From a virus (taxonomy: Duplodnaviria; Caudoviricetes): 58,507 nt of DNA. The DNA lies in IMG/VR virus record IMGVR_UViG_3300031669_000032, positions 1-58,507 of that record. One strand, given 5' to 3'. A program made the position numbers and the translations under genes. Below the pieces are notes generated by a model. The model saw only the letters and a program-made list of their open reading frames with translations, searched no databases and was not told where the DNA came from. Of this stretch, positions 53,863 to 58,507 are shown piece after piece. The first letter of the stretch is position 1. Each line of letters starts with the position of its first letter.

Positions 53863-54245
53863 TAACTTCCTTTCTGGGCTTTCTTCTTTGCAGTATCAGT
53901 CTTAACAATTACCTCTTCTTTTTTAGGTTCGCCTGTTCTCTTCACCTCTATTAGCTTCACTCTACTTATTGCCTTTGGGGTATCTTTAATGGGGAATCCT
54001 TCAAGAGCAAACGTTTCGCCTGTATTTAGCGAATTAACGTCAACGTCTATTTCAGCAACAAATATAATTTCCTTCTTAACGTCTTTATCATATTTATTTT
54101 TATCTTTTTCATCCATTTCGTCTAATGGAACGATACGCCAATAAGGCTCTGATACCTTCGCTGTTCTTTCACCGCACCTGTATGTATGTCTTTTTTCACC
54201 GATAAAGTATGGATTCGATCTTACTATTGTCAATTTCATGGCCAC
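53862..54245 (-). CDS. Hypothetical head-module protein
   Basis: AAGGAG RBS, follows the capsid gene. Confidence 0.6.
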   Translation of the reverse strand: MAMKLTIVRSNPYFIGEKRHTYRCGERTAKVSEPYWRIVPLDEMDEKDKNKYDKDVKKEIIFVAEIDVDVNSLNTGETFALEGFPIKDTPKAISRVKLIEVKRTGEPKKEEVIVKTDTAKKKAQKGS

Positions 54246-54248
54246 TCC

Positions 54249-55178
54249 TTAATTGTTGATGTATATAGCTGCCTGCCAATAAGCAGGTACCATGCTATAG
54301 TATTCGCTTCCGCCATATGCCATAACATTTTTGTGGAAAAAGCTATCGCCCGTCCTGTTCCATTCAAAAATAAGATTGTGGATAACCATTTGCATAATAG
54401 GAGACAATCCGTATCCTTCGATTAGTATAATCCAATCGCCGCTGAGGGTTTCTAATTGTGCGGCAGGCCAAATGTCAGCAAAACCTTTCCATTGCCCTTC
54501 GGTTGCAGATGCAGTACCAACAGAACGATCATTCAGGAATATGTTTTTGAATTTTGTGAAATCCGTGACCCTACTCAGTATGGTAAATTTAAGGTTACTT
54601 AGGTCGCTATACAGATACTCTCCGCCTCTAATTTTCCAATTCAACATTGTGGTCATGGCAGTTTGGAAGTCAGCTACAATATTCGCCTCAGATGTACCAG
54701 TCCCGGAAATAAGGTTTGAATTGACAGCGGCAGGAGACGATCCCTTAATTGGGTGAACAGTTGAGAATAAAGGCACTCCATCTGGGCCAATGGTCACTGT
54801 ATCAAGCAAAGTCCTAAACCATTTAGTATTACGAAGATCAAAAAATGTATTGACAAATCTTGATGTGCGTGTCACTAAAAACGGTCTTTGGTCAGGATCA
54901 TTAATGTCATCGCGATTAAATTCACAAGAGTTTTCTACTTTATCTCCTGATATATTGTATTTTGATGTACCCCATCCCTCAAGTTGCCTCATACCTTTCC
55001 AGTCTTTTGCAGGCGCTAAATCATTTGCCCATTGCAGTGTAATCGACTGCCTGCCATTGGTCGGGTAGACCATCGTAAACTTTCTCCATTTTTGCGCAGA
55101 CGCAACCATGTCTTTTACTGATTTAATTACATTAAGCTCTACCGGCCTAATAATATCTTTTTCTATATTAACTATCAC
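54249..55178 (-). CDS. Major capsid protein (Mu gpT-like)
   Basis: W.G.R; E......R.DI.D; DG.PLFS..HP; W+L; PI; YG......WQ.A. Confidence 0.88.
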   Translation of the reverse strand: MIVNIEKDIIRPVELNVIKSVKDMVASAQKWRKFTMVYPTNGRQSITLQWANDLAPAKDWKGMRQLEGWGTSKYNISGDKVENSCEFNRDDINDPDQRPFLVTRTSRFVNTFFDLRNTKWFRTLLDTVTIGPDGVPLFSTVHPIKGSSPAAVNSNLISGTGTSEANIVADFQTAMTTMLNWKIRGGEYLYSDLSNLKFTILSRVTDFTKFKNIFLNDRSVGTASATEGQWKGFADIWPAAQLETLSGDWIILIEGYGLSPIMQMVIHNLIFEWNRTGDSFFHKNVMAYGGSEYYSMVPAYWQAAIYINN

Positions 55179-55179
55179 G

Positions 55180-55944
55180 TTACGCCTCCTTAATGGTGAA
55201 TGTTACATGGACACCGACTGCGTTTGTGCTGCCTCCATCGGTAGCTATCGAAATGTAATCACCGGCAGCAAGTACATTTAAGGCGGAAGGAGTAGCAGTG
55301 TCAATATCTCCTGCAACACTGGCATTGGCAACTGTTATTGCTCCATCAGTTATTGCTACCGCATTGATAGTTGGAGTCAACACAGCGTCTGCCGTTGCAA
55401 TTGTCCCTTCTAATACCGATTTAATTGAAACGATCTCTCCGGCAAAAGGAGACAAAACGTAAAAGGTGCTTGCGGTAGATATGTCGGTGATATGGACAGA
55501 TAATGACCTTACCTCTGACGGCAAGAGTTTTCCAACTCCTACCCATACCCAAACTATCGTGGATGATTCTACCACATGACATATACCAGCTTTGATACTA
55601 TTTCCAGGATCAGCAAGCGATACTGTATTATCGTCAACAATATACAGCATTTTCCCAACCCATGCCTGTGTAGCTCCTGTGGTCTCTAATTTAGCAAGGT
55701 CTTGCATAGTGACATTTGCTTTTAAATCTCCATTTGCCCCGGTTGAATTATCATAATTACCTTCTGAAATCCCCATCACTTCAAGTCCGATGGCGTTGGC
55801 TGCTTTAACAAGATAACCGGTTGCAGATTCTATCGCAACTAAAGCACCTTGATAAATAAGAGCCGCTGCTTTCAGAGGATATTTCTCTGTTATGTGACAC
55901 CACGCCTTTGTTGCGCGGTTAAAATCACTTGCTAAAGCAGTCAT
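55180..55944 (-). CDS. Capsid decoration/cement protein with extra C-terminal domain
   Basis: MTAL..D; IYQGALV; DNS.GA.GD; VG...Y..DD.TV; G.......VWV. Confidence 0.75.
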   Translation of the reverse strand: MTALASDFNRATKAWCHITEKYPLKAAALIYQGALVAIESATGYLVKAANAIGLEVMGISEGNYDNSTGANGDLKANVTMQDLAKLETTGATQAWVGKMLYIVDDNTVSLADPGNSIKAGICHVVESSTIVWVWVGVGKLLPSEVRSLSVHITDISTASTFYVLSPFAGEIVSIKSVLEGTIATADAVLTPTINAVAITDGAITVANASVAGDIDTATPSALNVLAAGDYISIATDGGSTNAVGVHVTFTIKEA

Positions 55945-57146
55945 TATACCCTCCCACCTTCACTTTTCTGCCTATTCTCTTCATAAGCATAAAATTGGTC
56001 GACGTTAATTTCCATCTTTCTTGATTCATTATCAGTCATTTTTACGAAATCCTGATATTCGTTACCACTACCACCGCCCATGTTACCATCGATTCCAAAT
56101 GATATTTCATCATTTTTGCTATCAATGAGGTCTTTTATGATATTGTACCCTTCAACTCCTGAGGTAAATCTTGCTTTTACCAACTGATTGTAGAGTGCCT
56201 CTTTCTTTTTCGGAGCAATCTTAGTGCTCCCAGCAACGTAATTAAAGATTTCAAGCCTAACTACTTTCTCATCTGCTTTCTTGAATTTTGCTTCAAGTTC
56301 CGCTTTTTCTTTACCCAATCTTTCGATTGTCTTATCTTTTTCTTCCAATGATTCTTTAAAAATAGCCATTTCTGTATTTTTTTCACCGATGGCTTTTTCT
56401 TTTTCCTTTATCTCGGCATCCTTAAACTCAATTGTTTTAGTGTACTTATCTTCTACACTGGCAAAGTCTCTTTTCATATCCTTGACTATAGCATCATTTG
56501 CCTGTTGTAAAAGCAAATTGTGCCTATCTTGCGTAATTGTTTCTGACATCTCTTTCTCCTTTTTAGTATTTTGTGTATCGGCCCTATTGCCGGGAGAATC
56601 ACCACTTTGATTCGCAACAATTTGATCCTCACTCGGATCAATTTCAGAATCACCACTTTGATTTTCGCTAAAGCTGAACTCAAAATTCTCACCACTTTGA
56701 GAAAACATTTCAAATTGAGCTAAATTTTTATTTTCAAAGATAGACAGATGGTTTAACTTTAAGCCAGCCACTTGTGGCTTTTGCATACCGCATAATGCGA
56801 TATGATCTATGATTACCCGTCCATCTTTAGTCCTTACAAGTCCAACTGATTTATGGTCATACAATTTTCTTTGTAACAATGGCGCTGCCTCTTCTAAAAA
56901 TGCACCATTCCCACTCCATGTTCCGTCTGGCTTTCTGTATATTTCCTTCAAGTATCCCAATCTTGCTGAATTCTTTTTATCTTCAGTGTCATGGGCCTCT
57001 TTGGTATTTAATACGATAGGAATATCGGTGCCAATTTTTTTGAAATTTTCTAATGCTTTATCAAAATCCTCTTTTGTCCATTCGTCTTTTCCTTGCTTCG
57101 TATAATCGCCCTCTTTGAAAAATTCTAAATCTCTTAACGTTTTCAT
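55944..57146 (-). CDS. Prohead protease/scaffold (Mu gpI-like), nested scaffold start at 56549
   Basis: F..G.Y; H.......G; Y...S; H.AL.G..P.V.GL; internal AAGGAG + ATG before the coiled coil. Confidence 0.82.
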   Translation of the reverse strand: MKTLRDLEFFKEGDYTKQGKDEWTKEDFDKALENFKKIGTDIPIVLNTKEAHDTEDKKNSARLGYLKEIYRKPDGTWSGNGAFLEEAAPLLQRKLYDHKSVGLVRTKDGRVIIDHIALCGMQKPQVAGLKLNHLSIFENKNLAQFEMFSQSGENFEFSFSENQSGDSEIDPSEDQIVANQSGDSPGNRADTQNTKKEKEMSETITQDRHNLLLQQANDAIVKDMKRDFASVEDKYTKTIEFKDAEIKEKEKAIGEKNTEMAIFKESLEEKDKTIERLGKEKAELEAKFKKADEKVVRLEIFNYVAGSTKIAPKKKEALYNQLVKARFTSGVEGYNIIKDLIDSKNDEISFGIDGNMGGGSGNEYQDFVKMTDNESRKMEINVDQFYAYEENRQKSEGGRV

Positions 57147-57388
57147 TATATCACCTTCAAGCCATGATCTTTTATCCACATTTCTACCGTTTCGCGCGTC
57201 CATCTTTTTTTGCTTAAATCAAATATGTAAGATTGCGCCGTAGTGGTAGTTTTTCCGATTAGTCTGCCAATAACTTGCATTATCCCCTGGGTTGCGTCAA
57301 TAGTGATAGTTCTAAAACTACTTTGTATGAATTCTCCCGGGTTGCGTACTCTTGCTCTGATTGTATTCTCTTTAATATCTATCGGCAT
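57146..57388 (-). CDS. Conserved head-module hypothetical protein
   Basis: R.R.P..F...SFR..I...GI..VIG.L...QS..F....W. Confidence 0.65.
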   Translation of the reverse strand: MPIDIKENTIRARVRNPGEFIQSSFRTITIDATQGIMQVIGRLIGKTTTTAQSYIFDLSKKRWTRETVEMWIKDHGLKVI

Positions 57389-57395
57389 GTTCAAT

Positions 57396-57477
57396 TATAT
57401 AAACTTTTTTTAACGATTTGTCAACTATATTGTTAAAAAAAGTTTATTTGGAATATTTATTAAAGTTGTATTATAAT
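57396..57477. promoter_or_regulatory. Divergent promoter region with a 15-bp inverted repeat
   Basis: Minus-strand TTGACA at 57419-57424 lies between inverted repeats 57400-57414 and 57432-57446; plus-strand TATAAT at 57472-57477. Confidence 0.6.
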
Positions 57478-57495
57478 ATTCTAATGTAATTTGTA

Positions 57496-57777
57496 ATGAT
57501 AAAAATGAAAAATAAAGAAATTATAAATCTCATAAAGAATTCGATCCCATGGCTATCGGCCGGTACAAATAGGGGATATGCAACGTATTACAGAATTCAC
57601 TTGACAGATGATATTTATTTCAGTTTTAGTGTCCAGTTAAAGAAATTGAATGGAATTTTCTATTTTGTGATAATGAAAGGCAATTCGGTATCAGAAATCA
57701 AGAGCTTCTATGGTATGCCAGAGAAGATTAAAAAGATAGTCGAGAGAAAAATTAGAAATTTTGGATTCCATCATTAA
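57496..57777 (+). CDS. AT-rich moron-like hypothetical protein
   Basis: Only plus-strand gene filling a gap in the late arm. Confidence 0.55.
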   Translation: MIKMKNKEIINLIKNSIPWLSAGTNRGYATYYRIHLTDDIYFSFSVQLKKLNGIFYFVIMKGNSVSEIKSFYGMPEKIKKIVERKIRNFGFHH

Positions 57778-58507
57778 AAAGTTATATTAGCTATTTCTTC
57801 AAGCTTATCAGGGATTAATCCTTTAATTCTCTTATCAATATTTAGCAAATTCTGCTTACCGGTAAAATCTGAATGTACCACGCTTATCCCACCTCTTACC
57901 TTATCATCGATGATTGAGATTTTTTGATTGCCAGTCTTTAGGCCGTATGCTGAAACAGGGCCAGCACTGCACCTGCAATTGTAATCATTGGGCGGATAAA
58001 TTTGAAACCAAACAGGATCATCCTTCGGAGCAATGAATCCGTCAAGTGATTCATGTTCTGATCGTGTCCTATCATCTACTACAGCCAGGTATTCAATAGC
58101 TTCAATATTCCTATCCCTCATGAAGTTCTCATATCTTGCTGAATTGTAAACGCTCGATTGATTAGTCCGGAATACAGTTTCTAAATGATGTGGCGTTAGG
58201 CTGGGAGTTCTTAAGTATCCATTTTTTTGGAATAGATCAGGCAATGTCATATTCATCCAGTCACGAAAGACATACCCGTTGTCTATTGACATTTTCAGTG
58301 ATTTCTTGATTAATCCGATTGCATTCAAATCCTCTATGCGCTGCACGGAGAATGCTATTGATTTTATGTAAGCGCTTGCCGCTTTGAAAACTGCTGCCGG
58401 GATAACTTCTTTGGCTGCTAACAATTTTCTTGCAAGCTCAAATCCTACTATTCTCCAATTCACCCCGGTGATAATTGCAAAATTATAAATTGATTCTATT
58501 TTGTTAC
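57774..58507 (-). CDS. Head morphogenesis protein (Mu gpF / SPP1 gp7-like); frame open to window edge
   Basis: LETVFRTN; Y.AV.D.RTR.EH..LDG; W..IYPPN.YNCRC. Confidence 0.9.
   Translation of the reverse strand, partial: NKIESIYNFAIITGVNWRIVGFELARKLLAAKEVIPAAVFKAASAYIKSIAFSVQRIEDLNAIGLIKKSLKMSIDNGYVFRDWMNMTLPDLFQKNGYLRTPSLTPHHLETVFRTNQSSVYNSARYENFMRDRNIEAIEYLAVVDDRTRSEHESLDGFIAPKDDPVWFQIYPPNDYNCRCSAGPVSAYGLKTGNQKISIIDDKVRGGISVVHSDFTGKQNLLNIDKRIKGLIPDKLEEIANITF

Noticed and set aside
44071-57146. Many plus-strand ORFs opposite structural genes
   Set aside because: Antisense shadows of long genes with Ser/Phe/Leu-rich composition and no RBS
1-58507. tRNA genes, DGR/retron, integrase, stop-codon recoding
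   Set aside because: No cloverleaf, reverse-transcriptase or recombinase motifs seen by eye; long genes are intact in the standard code

Overview
This window looks like nearly the whole genome of a tailed dsDNA bacteriophage (siphovirus-like, bacterial sigma70 promoters, strong AGGAGG Shine-Dalgarno sites). It is cut inside the small terminase at the left edge and at or near the gpF/portal junction at the right edge; TerL and portal are not visible. Layout: (i) minus-strand arm 1-22.6 kb with TerS, a ParB-like protein, three DNA methyltransferases (one frameshifted), a DnaC-like loader plus replication initiator with iterons, HNH proteins, RusA, a Sak4/SSB/PD-(D/E)XK recombination module and many small genes; (ii) a symmetric divergent promoter at 22.8 kb with a leaderless Arc-like repressor; (iii) plus-strand arm 22.9-38.5 kb of accessory genes, an M15 endolysin, a radical SAM protein and a second early operon punctuated by repeated hairpins; (iv) minus-strand late arm 38.7-58.5 kb with a membrane-protein/glycoside-hydrolase cassette, tail genes (with a -1 frameshift chaperone) and a Mu-like head module. 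No integrase, CI-type repressor, tRNA, CRISPR array or reverse transcriptase was seen. The most notable unexplained signals are (a) an RNA layer in which intergenic hairpins display anti-Shine-Dalgarno loops complementary to hairpin-presented RBSs of the phage's own early genes, and (b) genes repeatedly bracketed by short direct repeats of their RBS/start or promoter. All family names come from motif recognition by eye; no database search or folding program was run.
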